Below are positions 1 through 13,222 of a stretch of 64,000 bases of DNA, in pieces; position 1 is the stretch's first letter, and each line of letters starts with the position of its first letter. The stretch is from the NCBI GenBank assembly GCA_951406725.2, contig OX597830.1:4340001-4404000 (forward strand), in the 5' to 3' direction. The position numbers and the translations under genes are program-made. This DNA comes from Octopus vulgaris (taxonomy: Eukaryota). The notes beneath the pieces are model-generated. The model saw nothing but the letters and a program-made list of their open reading frames with translations, was not told where the DNA came from and did not search any database.

Positions 1-247
1 TGGGTTCTTTTCTGTGCTGGCATGGCTTGGATAAGACTCAATTAAGCAGTTGTCTATGGTTGGATTCTCTCCCTGTCAACACTCTTCACCAGTTTATCGA
101 GTGAGGCATTTTTATTCTGCTGATCTTCTTTCTTGGAAACCACAGAACCTTAGAGTATACTCAGGTGTAAATATGCCATTACTATCACTCAATTGGTGTC
201 GAGCAAATATGCCTAACTCATGCACCCACCCACCCACTTACATTTTT

Positions 248-283
<36 letters not shown>

Positions 284-556
284 CATCATCATCATCATCA
301 TCGTTTAGCGTCCGTTTTCCATGCTAATATATATATATTCTTTTACTTGTTTTAGTCATTTGACTGAGGCCATTTATATCATGATTATCTATACACAAAT
401 ACCCTCCTCCTAAAATGGTGCTAACTAATCAAATCTTAGTTTCTGGTTAATTAGCAGAAGATCAAAAAAGGGCTTTTTTTCTAATGGTAGGGCCTTATGT
501 GAAATTGCTCCTCATGATACAAATCATACTACAAATATCAAAATGGATATAGAAGC

Positions 557-830
557 ATGGGCTTGGGAACAGGGGTTGCAGGGGGTGCAAGTGCACCCCC
601 TAGTATTTTTGTGGGGTGCAAAATCAAAATTTGCATCCCCTACTTACTGTTCTCGGGTTTAGAAAGCGTTAGATAAAAAGTGATTTAAAAAAGTAGCCCA
701 AAGTTAGATTTCTTCTCAAAGAACAAGGAACAAAAGGGCCACTGTGTTTATATAATCATGGCATTATATATGCCATAGAAAATGTTGTAAAGGGCCATAT
801 GTGGCCCACGTGCCACAGATTGTTCATTCC
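557..830. mobile_element. Decayed non-autonomous DNA transposon fragments (hAT-like)
   Basis: GC-rich subterminal-type motifs GGGGTTGCAGGGGGTGCAAGTGCACCCC and GGGCCATATGTGGCCCACGTGCCACAG. No intact TIR pair found. Confidence 0.35.
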
Positions 831-940
831 TAAGTTAAACTTATCCTCTATTCAACAGCTGATTTATTGCATTCAGTGTTTTACTTTTGCTGTATAATTC
901 CTACACCATACACACTTTTGTAATATATATATATATATAT

Positions 941-1210
941 CACCATGACCGATTTGGCTATCAGATGTTGCTACACATCGCTGGTCACAATGCACTTCAC
1001 ATTGTTTTAGCCTTCAAATGACGCCACTCCGCGTCATTTGAAAGTTGTGGCGAAAGAGTACAACAGGGATCAGCACCACCCCCTGCTGGGGCCTCGTGGA
1101 TCTTTAGGTGTTTTTGCTCAATAAACACTCACAACGCCCGGTCTGGGAATCGAAACCACGATCCTACAACCGCGAGTCCGCTACCCTAACCACTAGGCCA
1201 TTGCACCTCC
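941..1210 (-). mobile_element. tRNA-derived SINE (family A)
   Basis: Minus strand begins GGAGGTGCAATGGCCTAGTGGTTAGGG...GGTTTCGATTCCC (Pol III A and B boxes), followed by a unique body. Flanked by (TA)n on both sides. Confidence 0.8.
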
Positions 1211-1339
1211 ATATATATATAAAGCTATTCAAGAAACTTGATCACCAACATAACCATTATTTTGGAACTGGTCCATGTAGGCAGTCGCCAGAGAGAGAGA
1301 GAGAGAGAGAGAGAGTGAGAGAGAGAGAGATTTAAAGTG

Positions 1340-2170
1340 TTATGGTCGTCCATTGTTGATGGTTTCTATACCCATAGTTACAGTGGAGTCTAAAGCAGAA
1401 GTGTAAATAGTTACAAGTGTCAGAGAGGTCTCTTCTTTTTGAGATATAAAGGTGATACTAATGTGCAACGATTTCCGGGCTTTGAACGTTCTGTTTATTT
1501 ATTTCTAGCAATGCTACATTTTGTGGCAGACAACTGTAGGCCGTTCGTTTTCTGATTATTAGTCAGATAAATGTAGGATGTGGTAACATGCGTGTAGAGG
1601 GAAGAGAAATTATTCGTTGGCCTCAGTATCTGCACCAACTCGGTTTGCAGGAAGAGGTAGGGTAGATAGAGGTGAGTCTGTGGGGAGGTGTAGACAACTT
1701 AAAATGTCTCTCAGAAATTGTTTTGCAGACTTTTTTCAGACTGAGTTTTGACTTCATCAAGCTCACTAGTGTGGGAGGAAAGCAGTAAAGATTTGAACTC
1801 TCATGAGGATTGCACCATCTTCTCTGACAACTTTAATTTGGATATTTTCAAAAAATAGACACATTTGTCTGATGGCTTTGTTAATCAAAGAATTTTGTGT
1901 AAAGATAAATATAGATAAACAGGTAGATAGTGAAAGTAGTTTATGTTTGAAAAAGAATGGAATAAGGAAGAATGGTGCTACCATGCAGAATAATTGTGAA
2001 TTTTTTGTCATTTGTTGACCGAATTGAGATAAAAGATGACAGGAATGAGAAGGGGTCTTCACATGGTGTAAAGTCAGTGTTTGAATGGTGGGGAGTATGG
2101 CATGGGTAACTGAGTTGGATTGTGGTGGTGGCTGCCATTTTTTATGTAAACTCTTGGATGAACCCAAATC
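1340..2170 (-). mobile_element. Possible highly decayed retroelement remnant (Penelope-like?)
   Basis: Same purine-rich + strand skew as the Penelope copy at 26.8-28.4 kb. Minus-strand peptide TSSCKPSWCRY resembles the Cys linker before the GIY-YIG domain. No clean motif. Confidence 0.3.
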
Positions 2171-2627
2171 AAATCACACCTTTACTGTAGTAACTTGATT
2201 GTGGCACCTTGATAGTGGTAAGAGGATATGAGGGAGAGTTTGTTGTTAATTCTAGCATATTAAACTAACATGTAGAGGGTTTTTGTTGGCTCGTAACCAG
2301 GTTAGATAGGATGAATGATGAATATAAGACAATGAATTTGTAGTTTTATTAAGAAAACTATAAGATTTGATTGTTTCCAGAAAGTGACGGATGAACTGAA
2401 ATCACTCACACAAACAGACATACATACGCATATATATATATATATATATGTATAGATAGATAGATATTGAGATAGATATTCATATATATTCACACACACA
2501 CATATATATAAATGTATGCATACGTACATACCAGCAATTGGACATAACCACCCCAATACACACACATATATGTAAATGCACACATTTCTATATTCACTTG
2601 TTACTCTGACAACTAATTTTTTGTTAT

Positions 2628-2695
<68 letters not shown>

Positions 2696-2790
2696 TTTAT
2701 TTTTATTATTATTATTATTATTATTATTGTTGTTATTATTATTATTATTATTGTTGTTATTATTATTATTATTATTGTTGTTATTATTTA
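2628..2790. repeat. (ATT)n/(GTT) trinucleotide microsatellite
   Basis: Seen directly; source of the poly-I and poly-Y ORFs. Confidence 0.97.
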
Positions 2791-3537
2791 AGTGATTTAT
2801 CACATTTGTTGACTAAGATCTAACAATGTGATCAATTTTTCAAAGACCTTTGACAGTTTAATTGGCTGGTGATATTGCTTGAAGAGAACATGTGGCAAGG
2901 AATATAGATTAGCAGCTGGCAAATCTGCTGGAGAGAACAAAAAAGAAAAATACTTTAACGAGTATTGTTTAGGAAGTGTCTCTCATGGAAAACATTACAT
3001 GCAAACAAATTTTGGCAGAGCTTCAAACCAAGTAACGCATCTAAAATGCAGCGACATTTTCTATTGCAGCTGTTTTGAGTGAGTTTGCTTCGTTTTGAGA
3101 GAAACAGCTTTTTCTATATGCACACCTATGTGGTATATGAGTGAATTGAGAAGTCAATCATTAACGAGTCAGCAGGTGAATCACAATGAATTTGACTGTT
3201 ATTGTATGCTGTGTGCTGCACTTTAGATGCATATGTGCACCACTTTACTGGCATGTGTTGCAGCATTTACAGGAACAAGCTTACAAAAAGTCTAACGTTG
3301 TGTGTGAATATTTATTCTAGATTCTTCTATAGCAAAAGAGATCGATACGACTGAACAAGAGTTGATGTCAGGTATCAAGCAGGCAAACATCTGTAAATGC
3401 ACACACACACACACACACACAAATGTGTGTATGTACATATATATATATATGTGTGTTTGTATATGTATATGTGTAAGTATGTATGAATATAGGTGTGTGT
3501 GCATGTACATGTGTATAATATATATATATATATATAT

Positions 3538-3568
<31 letters not shown>

Positions 3569-3574
3569 CATACA

Positions 3575-3612
<38 letters not shown>

Positions 3613-3792
3613 CATACATACATATATATGGTGTGTGTGTGTGTGTATATATGTGCATAACATATATATATACACACACACACACACCTGGTATGTTTAT
3701 GTTATGGTATTTGTGAGTGCATAGATTTCTCTATTATTTATTTATTGTTATAACCTTTTGCTTGTCTTTAATGTTATGCATATAATGGCATA

Positions 3793-3835
<43 letters not shown>

Positions 3836-5547
3836 ATATATATGCATGTAATGTGCACACATGTCTGAACCTATTTGCTGATGCATATTTGTGTTCCTTA
3901 AAACCCGTCTTGTTGTCTCGGTGTGTGGTGCATGATTTCACACTTATATCAATTTATTGAAGACTCACAAAAGTTTGACTCTAAAATAGCATTAATGTTT
4001 GCTGCCATCCAATTTCTGAAAGGCAGCTCAATCGGAACATTCCTTTATGACAGAGGACTGGTTCAGAGCTGAAGATATTGGCTTTGACTTGTCTCAAACG
4101 CAGCCGATTGTTAGACCAGTTTTCTGGGTTCAGTGATTCACTGAGTCACCCTGTATTTATTTATTTGGATCCATTAGTGATAGCAAGCACTAAAATGGAT
4201 TCAAAGAAAAAGCTTTCTACAGAATATTCCCATTACTTTGTGCCACACAACATTCTGTGACATGCAAGAAATTCTAAAATCTGCAAACAGACATCTAAAA
4301 CCAAAATGATTTGTTGACTTATAAATTTTATTTTTCTTCTGACATTTTTGCAAATTGCCTGAGAAATGGTAGATCCTTTGAAAAGATAGTATGGAACTTG
4401 GTGTTTCTTACCGCTTAGTGCTCCTTGCCTTGAAATGGTTGGAAACTTGAGCATCTGTTGAAAGAGTTTGTAGTTTTTCATTTAGTTGCTAGCTTAAAAA
4501 GAAAAGAAGGAAAAAAGAAAGAAGGTTAATAAAGAAAAGAAATAGAAGAGAAAGATGAATGAAATAGAAAGAGAAAAAGGAATAGAAAAAGAAAAGGAAA
4601 GAAAAAGAAGGTTGAAAGAATGACAGTGTATATGGTTCCAAGAAGCTACAATTTGGTAATGCTAACAGTTGAAGGAAATTATTTGAGAGTTTAGATTATG
4701 GAGATCAAATTTCTTTATTCCAAATATTTGATGTTCCATTTGGACCCTGTTGAAGAAACCAAATAAGAAAGAATGCTCTGAATAACAAATAGCAAACACA
4801 AGTCCCTCATTAAATTGTGTATTGAATATTCTGATATTATCTTTTGCACTGAACAGAGAAAGTGGGAGAGAGAGAGGGAGGGAGGGAGGGAGGAGGATAT
4901 TTAGGATTTCAGCAAGATCTATCAAGTTACTTTCAATGACAAATAGGGAAAGTATTACTTTTATTGACAATAAAAACACAGCAGTACCCATTTCTGTACC
5001 TACCTTTAGGGAAACCTTACCAAAATAATGTTTTGTCTGTGATGTTAGAAGCTGTTTCACATTAAACAAAAATATAAATTATAGATTATCATTAATAGAT
5101 TTTGTCAAGGCATCAACATTAACAAGAACAAATTGGGTTTGTTAGAAATCTTGATGAGAGTGTGAAGTCATTTATTTCATGAAGTCAACTTGTAAATTAT
5201 TCAAAATATTTACCATTTTAAGTTGATGGTGTTAAAATGGTCTGTGTGTGTATGTGTATGTGTGTGTTTGTGTTTGTGTACAGAGTGTATTGAGTGTGTT
5301 TGTTGTGACACCATCACCACAGAGGTAGCCCTATTCTCCTGAAGACCTATAAAGGCCTCACAATCCCACATGTTTGCTTCCTTGTTTGATTCTATACAGA
5401 ATCTGAAGCATGAAGGATGGTGCAATGAGGGATAAAAGCATTCAGCATATGCACAGCTACACCTCTGCATAAGACACTAATAATAATGATAATTTTTTTG
5501 TTGCTATTTACGAGTAGGGTGGCTGATTAGGGAGACAATACAAGAAC

Positions 5548-6033
5548 AGTAAAGATTGTTTGCTAACATAACATGGCAGTCCTGGATGAGGACAAATGTT
5601 GCTGTAATTTACCCCAGGAGACATTGTCTCCAGCTGGTTATACGACATGATCTGTGTCCTTATATTTTCGAACAAGGGAATCTAGCACCCCCACTCAGCT
5701 CAAAACAATATGTGTATCATAATTTCTAGGTTTTTTCCCTTCATCAGCACAGAATAATTGTTCGGCTAGAGGTGGTGCTGCCAAATTCCTATTCGAAATA
5801 TATAGTTTTCAAAGTGACAACTTAATCACTGATTTATAAATTAGAAAATCCCTATTTTTTAATCTCACGAGTGATATTCAGCAACAGTAGTTTGTAGTAA
5901 AGATTGTTTGCCAACATAACATGGTAGTCCTGGTTTAGGATGAATTTTGCTGTAGCTTAGCCCCAGGAGATTCGTCTCCAGCTGGCTATATGATGCGATC
6001 TGTGTCCTTATATTTTCGAACAACGGAATCTAG
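5548..6033 (-). mobile_element. Partial tandem repeat (about 1.4 units, period ~348 bp) containing a hammerhead-like motif; retrozyme or Penelope pLTR-like
   Basis: 138-bp direct repeats at 5548-5685 and 5896-6033 (AGTAAAGATTGTTTG...GAATCTAG), with a hammerhead core between them on the minus strand. Confidence 0.65.
5703..5763 (-). ncRNA. Candidate type I hammerhead ribozyme
   Basis: Minus strand: GAACAAT-TATTC-TGTG-CTGATGA-A-GGG-AAAAAA-CCT-A-GAAA-TTATGA-TA^CACA-T-ATTGTTT. CUGAUGA and GAAA cores present; stem I is TGTG/CACA plus GAACAAT/ATTGTTT across an internal loop; short stems II and III; AUA cleavage triplet. Confidence 0.55.
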
Positions 6034-6299
6034 AACAGTTTACAACTTGAGGGAGGGGGGGGGGCTAACATAAAAAGATGATGAGAAGAATGAGAGACAG
6101 ATGGAAGATGAAATAGAAGTATACATTGTACACAAGATATGTGAACACATGGATGATGTAGTGTTCCTTATAGAGAAGTGCCTTGAACAAGGGGCAGTTG
6201 AGGAACCCCACACATCTAGGATTGTCCTGCCTATCAAAGACACAGGTCCTTGCCTAACTCTTTTTCTCCAATACAAGCACATCTTTAGAGGAATATCTA

Positions 6300-6726
6300 T
6301 GGTTTCAAGTTTGGACACAAGGCCAGCAATTTTAGTTGAGGGAGTAAGTTGATAATATTGACCCAGTGTACAACTGGTACTTAATTTCATAGACCGCAAA
6401 AGGATGGAAAGCAAAGTAAGCCTTGACAGAATTTGAACTCAGAATGTAAAAATGAACAAAATGCCACTAAACATTTTTTTCCTAGCATGCTAAGGATTGT
6501 ACCGATTCACCACCAGAATAATAACGCTGCTGATGATAATGATGATGATGATGATAATCATAATGATGGTTTCAAATTTTGTCACGAGGGTAGCAATTTT
6601 GGGGTAGGGGATGAGTCAGCTACATCGACCCCAGTACGTGACTGGTTCTTATTTTATCAACCCCGAAAGGATGAAAGGCAAAGTTGACCTCGGTTGAATT
6701 TGAACTCAAACCATAGCAACAGACGA

Positions 6727-6730
<4 letters not shown>
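6300..6730 (-). mobile_element. Two adjacent copies of SINE family B
   Basis: Reverse complements of the 36177-36408 element (ACCCCAGT..ACTGGTACTTA...AAAGGATGAAAGGCAAAGT...GAATTTGAACTC). Separated and followed by GAT/AAT repeats. Confidence 0.75.
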
Positions 6731-6768
<38 letters not shown>

Positions 6769-7013
6769 CATGGCGACAGCAACTGTAATTTGTGCAGTCT
6801 TTCTAATTTATTGTACGGCTTCACTTTTAATAATGCAGACTTCAATCTAATTTATAAATCAATAATATACTCAATGCCAGAGTTTATTTGCTTTTGTTTC
6901 TTGTCTTATATACACCTGTACATGGGTAAAAATATATTTACACACATGTTGATATCTAATTGTATACAACGGTATTAGTAAACATCTGTGTATTCACATT
7001 TTATGCATTATTT

Positions 7014-7058
<45 letters not shown>

Positions 7059-7868
7059 CTGATATTCGTATGTAAATATTATTTAATATACATAATACAG
7101 CAAGACATGTTCAATATTTTCTAAGTTTACCTTTTAATATAAAAGCTTCCTTCAAATCTCAACGTTTTATTCTTCTTCATTTCTCATCGAAATCTGTTTC
7201 AATAATCAAAGAATGTAAGTTTAATCCCTCACCATTTGGCATTTTTCATGCGTTAAATGGATTTTCATGTGGTAAATTTAAAAGCTATTATATCTTCATA
7301 ATTAGAACTAATTACGATAACATTCATATTCAGTAAGAAATGCATGCACACACACACACACACATATGATAGGTGGGGAAAGAGAAATAGAGAGAGGGAG
7401 ACAGGAGGGAAGTGAAAGTATATTGCTAATGTTATCAATAATGTACTGGATTATTTTGTTTTTGTTTTTGTCCTTCAAGGATCATAATGAAATGACTAAT
7501 AAAGCAGTTTATAATGATGATGATGATGTTGATGATAAAATCAATATCTGAGGCTTGTTAATTCAGAAAGAGAAACCACTGCCTTGGAAAACTTGGACCA
7601 ACTTCTACAATGCATCCAAAAGTGTAGGAGGAGGTTAGTCTTCTTACTGTCTGTGTTGACTTTATTAACATGAACCAACAAGGGAGTCTCTGAGTGGGTG
7701 TGTTGGGGTGCCTGTAGCAGCACTAGCAGTAGTAGTAGTAGTAGTAGTAGTATCCAGTTCTCCCTTAAATTATGTGCTATCATCGCAATAAAGGAAGGAC
7801 ACAGTTATGTCATCCTATATGTCATGCACTGTGTCTAAAACAAAAAACAAAATAGTTATTGCTGGAAT

Positions 7869-8222
7869 ATCATCATCATCATCATCGTTTAACGTCCACT
7901 TTTCATGCTAGCATGGGTTGGACGATTTTGACTGAGGACTGGCGAACCAGGTGGCTCCAGTCTTGATTTGGCAGAGCTTCTACAGTTGGATGCCCTTCCT
8001 AACGCCAACCACTCTGAGAGTGTAGTGGGTGCTTTTTACGTGCCAGTCAAGTGGTACTGGTAATTACCTCGCTCGTACCTTTTTACACATTCCACTGGCA
8101 CAGGTGCCAGTAAGGCGGCGTTGGTAACGATCACACTCGAATGGTGCCCTTTTACGTACCACCGGCTCAGAAGCCAGTTGGCTGCTCTGACAATGATTAT
8201 GCTCGTATGGTACTCTTGGCAT
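7869..8222 (-). mobile_element. SINE or LINE-tail family C ending in (GAT)n
   Basis: CATCATCATCGTTTAACGTCC..CATGCTAGCATGGGTTGGACG...GGATGCCCTTCCTAACGCCAACCACTC. Homologous copies near 9735-9995, 25561-25825, 26080-26250, 37428-37677, 56419-56655 and 63235-63350. Confidence 0.8.
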
Positions 8223-10999
8223 CCTATCATAAACCTGCTGATAGTTTACCAAGGTCAAGAAAACTATAATTCCATTGTGACATCGTAGTAACGGAGATTT
8301 GGGGTTGTTATCCAGCTTCTTCAGTGTATCAGCCAAGTCTCCACAAGCAGAAATCCACGTTTTAAATGTGTTTGACATCTTTTGACAGTTTGGGAATGGA
8401 AGCTTACCAGGCATTCAAGTTAATTTTGAAAAGAATCGAGAATTCAGAGATATTTTTGAAATAACTTTTTCAAAACCTGATGTTTAGAATATAATTCAAC
8501 AAAAAGTTATTTTATAAAATCTTGTCAGTGAGTGGATTAATTTAAATAAAAAAAAATCTTTAAAATGAAAGAATTTATATTATAGATGGACTAATACAAA
8601 CTGGAATCGAAAAGATTTGCTGGCTTAGAATTGAAGAATTAGCAGAACAACAACATTCATCAAAGTCTACTGCGAAATGACTGACTTGTTTTACATAGAA
8701 TTAAAAAGGATTCTGCTTGTTTTAAAACTATCATTTTAGCATTTAAAACCATTCTTTATCATTTTATATCTGCTGCCTTTGTCATTCCACTATTGGTTTC
8801 AGTTGAATTTAATGGTTTCAAACCCTAATATATAATTTATTTGATTAATAAACCATTCTCTCACTAAAATTCTTTAACTCCTGCTGTAAATATTTTATAT
8901 GCAAGACAGTTATTATATCAGTTCTGTACAGTGAACTTTAAGAATGAGTTATAATGCCAACAGAATTGCTAATAAATATCTCTTTAGAATCCTACGTTTT
9001 CATATTCCTATCACCTGTTGTGATATGTCAGATTCTAGTTCAACCATTAAAGATGGAGCAATTTTAACTCTTGTTTATTCTTTAGGTGGCATTTAGAAAC
9101 CAGTTGTTTTCTTTGTTTTTCTCTTTCTGTTTATTATGGCATTGACTAGACTGGCACAAATTATTTCTTCTATTGCACAGGTTGCTTGTAATTCTCTTAA
9201 ACACTGTCATACCTTTAGAGATATGCCATTGTCTTGCTTTGAATTGCAGAAGAATTTAAAATATGCTGAAATAAAGTTGGAAATAAAGTGGTGAGAGTAT
9301 GAAAAATAAAAATAAAAATTATTTAGCAATTATAAATTTTGAATGTTTTTGACATAATAAATATCATTCTAAAGATAGTCAATATATATTTAAGAATTTA
9401 TTTAAAATACTAGAATAAGCAGTAAAAAAATAAAAAAATCTTCCTTTTGTAAAATATATATCACATTTCAGCATAGCTGAAATATTTTATATAATTTTTT
9501 TTAAATGCACTTTCTTTCTTATTTTTTCCCTCTCTCTTCCATTAATCCCTAAACCACCACTGCCACACTGTTTCCTCTGTTACCCTCACCACTGCCACCC
9601 ACCTCACAACCATAAATCTATGCCTTCCATCACACTCTAACTTCTCTCAGTGATCAGACCAAAGTCATCACTCATTTTTTCGGGTGTGCTTGTGGGGAGT
9701 GGTGGTGAGGGGTCTCTTTAATCTTTCTTCATGGCTCAGTACTGGTACTCGGCCATGAAAAAAACCATGCCCTCTGGTGAACTGAGCAGAGACAGTCCAA
9801 GGTTGAAAGGATTCCTTAATCTTGCCGAGGGCAAGACCTCTGCAGTGTTGGTGCCATGAAAAATGGTTTTAGAAAAGAAGCTTAGTTGTAGAAACCATAT
9901 CAAACTGATACCTTGGAGTAAGATGTCCTGGTGCACTGTCCAACCCATGCCAGCATGGAAAATGCAATAATAATTATAATGATGATGATGATGATAACAG
10001 CTACTTCTGTTGATAAATCTAATCTTCATGAAATTCCTATTTTAGACACACACTAATTCCTAAGCTCAAAGACATCTTTACAAGATAGTTACTTAGAATC
10101 CATACATTTTTGTTTTGTGTTTTGAAGTCTTGAAGAACAATTTTTGTCTTGTTTTCCTGTTTAACACTAAAGATTCTTACCATTTTGTCATGGAATGATG
10201 GTTAAAACTGGCTCAAGGTCCATTTTTTTTTTGCTTTTGAAAAATGGTTTTTAAAAAAATTACTATAATTAGTCCTATTAATACTGTTGAAATAATTGAT
10301 ACTATAAATAGCTGAAAATTTATAATTATAAGTGTGTGAGTTCTCTAGATTCTTAATAAGATAACATAATGCCTCAAGCATTTCCTATCAATCTCTTAGC
10401 TTTAGCTGCTCCCAGCTCAAGATATTCAATTTTTTGAATAATCATATAACTCTTCATTCACACACTAAATCCAAATGTTGATTGGAGAAACACAAGAGAA
10501 TTTGTAGTTACCACATTTAACCAAACTGCGCAAAGCTCCTCAAAGAGGCAGGATTACCATTCACTTCAGTTTCTGGTGTAGCCCAGTTGCTTTATCAGAA
10601 GATAATTTAGTCTCTCGGATGTGAGTGCAGTCTGTTATTAACGATGGATTTGCAGCTTTCAGTGTTAATTATTCTGATAGGGAAATTCCTCGTTACAAAG
10701 TGAGATAAACCAGCTGCTACTGATTAACATTGTTAAAACTGCTAATTAACATCTGCAGGGTTTATTATTATCCCTCAGTGAAGTACAGACTTGCCTCGAT
10801 ATTATTACACGAATGCGATAGAAAGTGATCTGTTTTATTTATCTCAGATCCTGGCACCAGAAACTAAACATTATCAGAAAAAGTGGGGAATTATTCATAG
10901 AATAAAAAGCAAACCATTTTCAATGAGTAACGAATAAGAATAAATGATTAGACTTCTGTATAGTGACACTCAATCAGTGATTGATTAGTTGGCATTTAG

Positions 11000-11170
11000 C
11001 TCCAGGTTAGTTTTGACTAAGTAAACTTATGATCAATGATATACTAGTTATGATTATCCTGTCTTTCTTATTGGCTTTATACAGTATGCCTTCACTTTTT
11101 AAGATGGTAAGATCTTAAATGGAAGATTTGACTGTTATTTCTAGCAACCAGAAAATATTTTCCTCGTTAA
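11000..11170. repeat. Old dispersed repeat family with core GATTTGRCTGCTATTTCTAGCA (representative copy)
   Basis: Related diverged copies at about 2240, 19050-19200, 19620-19860, 22085-22245 (opposite strand), 23475-23620 (opposite strand), 33455-33650 and 57465-57645. Confidence 0.6.
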
Positions 11171-11221
11171 CTGAGAACTTCATTAGTTTATTGTTTTGAT
11201 TTTTATTTTAATTTTATTTAT

Positions 11222-11590
11222 TACTTATTTCATTCATTAGGCTGCGACCACTCTGGGGCATCACCTTGAAAACTTTTAGTGAAACAAATGGAGTTATTGT
11301 TTTACTAAGGCTGGTACCTAGTCTATTAGTCTCTTTTGTCAAACTGCTAAGTCACTTGGATGCAAACATATTAACACCAGTTACCAAGTAATGGTGAGAG
11401 ACAAACACACAGAAGACACACGCACACACTCACACACGCACACACACACACACAATGTGTTTCTGTTTCATTCTACTAAATCCAATCCCAAGGCTTTGGT
11501 TGATCTGAGGCTATAGTAGAAGGCACAGTGGAACTGAACCTGGAACCATGTGGTTGGGAAGCAAACTTCTTACCACACAGCCATGCCAGT
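11222..11590 (-). mobile_element. tRNA-derived SINE family D with internal (CA)n
   Basis: Reverse complement of the 22632-23025 element. Confidence 0.8.
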
Positions 11591-13222
11591 GCCTGCCTCA
11601 TTCTTTATATGAATATATTTAGAGAAAAATGTTTAAGCATGCATCATAAGATATTGTATTTATGATAATAGTTTTTCTGGGAAATAATGAATTTTATATG
11701 GCTTACGTTTAGTCTGGGATGACTCTATCTGGGATGGCTTCATTCCACTCACAGACTACATAGACAGAGAATCTTTACAAATAAAAACATCTCAGAATGA
11801 GATTAAAGGGATCAAAGGATCAACAATAAAGGTGAGAGATAAATGTAATTTAATATACACAATTACAAAGGAGCTGCCAATTGTTTTATGCTGTAGAGAC
11901 ACATGGCATGTTATATAAATCTACCAATTTAAAGTATCTGAAAGCATGAAACTACTTGTAGCTCTTTTGTAATTGTGCATATCAAGTGATGTGTGTGTGT
12001 GTGTTGTTGTGTGAACAAGGTTAATAATATGGAGAAATTACTTAATACTTGGAGGGGATCAGGAAAACCTGAGAAAAATCTGTCAGAGTAAACTGGCTTT
12101 TGAAGCTGTGCTTTCTGAGTCAAAGTGGGTTTTGTGGCTGCAAATATACTCACTGATTCACATACGCACATATTGACAATAATGTGCACACACACACACA
12201 CACACACATACACACTAATGCATGTGTGGACATGCATGCACACATACATACGCATGCAAGATATGTAATTATTCATGGAACATCAAGTAGCTTACTTTGG
12301 CCGAGCTACTTAGATAAACATTATCCCTTTTCTTGAGATTGTGTGTTATTTAGATTTAAGCATGAAACAACAAAAGCCATGAATGAATTGCGAGAGAATG
12401 TTAATATTCCCGTTAAAGTGTTGTGGTTGTGAATGAGTATCATTACTTCTCATTTAGCTCTTCTATTTCATTTCTATGTTTAAAGTTTTGAGATAAAGGA
12501 TTCACAGAATAAAGAAGTACAGAATGATTCACCAACATTTTGAACAAACATAACATCTTTACACACTGTGCTGCCAGAAAGAAACACAAACATACTATTT
12601 ATAAGAAACACAAACAGTCAGTTTTGAAGTTAGTTATCAGAAAAATATACATCAATATTTTCGTAGTGCACATAGATAAATTTCTCTTAAATTACCTTGT
12701 TACATAATGTTTTGTTATATAATCATAAAATAGTAATTGTTAAAGACAGCAACATTTCTCTTCCCTGAGTAAATATTATATTTTTTCATGAGCTGTCATC
12801 CAAAATATGTGAATTATAAATTTTCGGAAACACAGCATAAAAACTCAAACTGTGGTACACCAAAATATATTAATCCTTTAAAAATATAATAGCAATGCTG
12901 TATGGTAAAGCTTGTAGATAAAACAGGTCCTTCCTTTAACCATGTTATTCTGCTAGGAACTCTGACGATGATGTGTATGCTTTTATATGCAAGCATTATA
13001 TGTATATTAGGGGTTGTCTATATTTGAGAGTAGTGATATCAAATTTGTTACACTCAAAAAATGCCTTTAGCATTACAATACATTTTTTTCTTTCAAAATT
13101 GTGTGGAAATTTTAAGCATGTCACAGATGGGTGCATATGCCTCAGCATACAGTAGACCCTTCAAAACAGACTGTAACAAGCCTCAGTAATTCAATTAACT
13201 CTTTGTCACCTAAATTATTATT

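Noticed and set aside
1140-1210. tRNA-like sequences here and at 13490-13560 and 22632-22700
   Set aside because: SINE heads with A/B boxes but no complete cloverleaf or acceptor stem; not tRNA genes.
6101-6352. 83-aa ORF MEDEIEVYIVHK...
   Set aside because: Runs into a SINE, has no recognisable domain, and is probably antisense to a TE remnant.
8064-8414. 116-aa minus ORF MPGKLPFPNCQK...
   Set aside because: The second half is SINE sequence. The first half is unique but has only weak splice signals and no recognisable homology.
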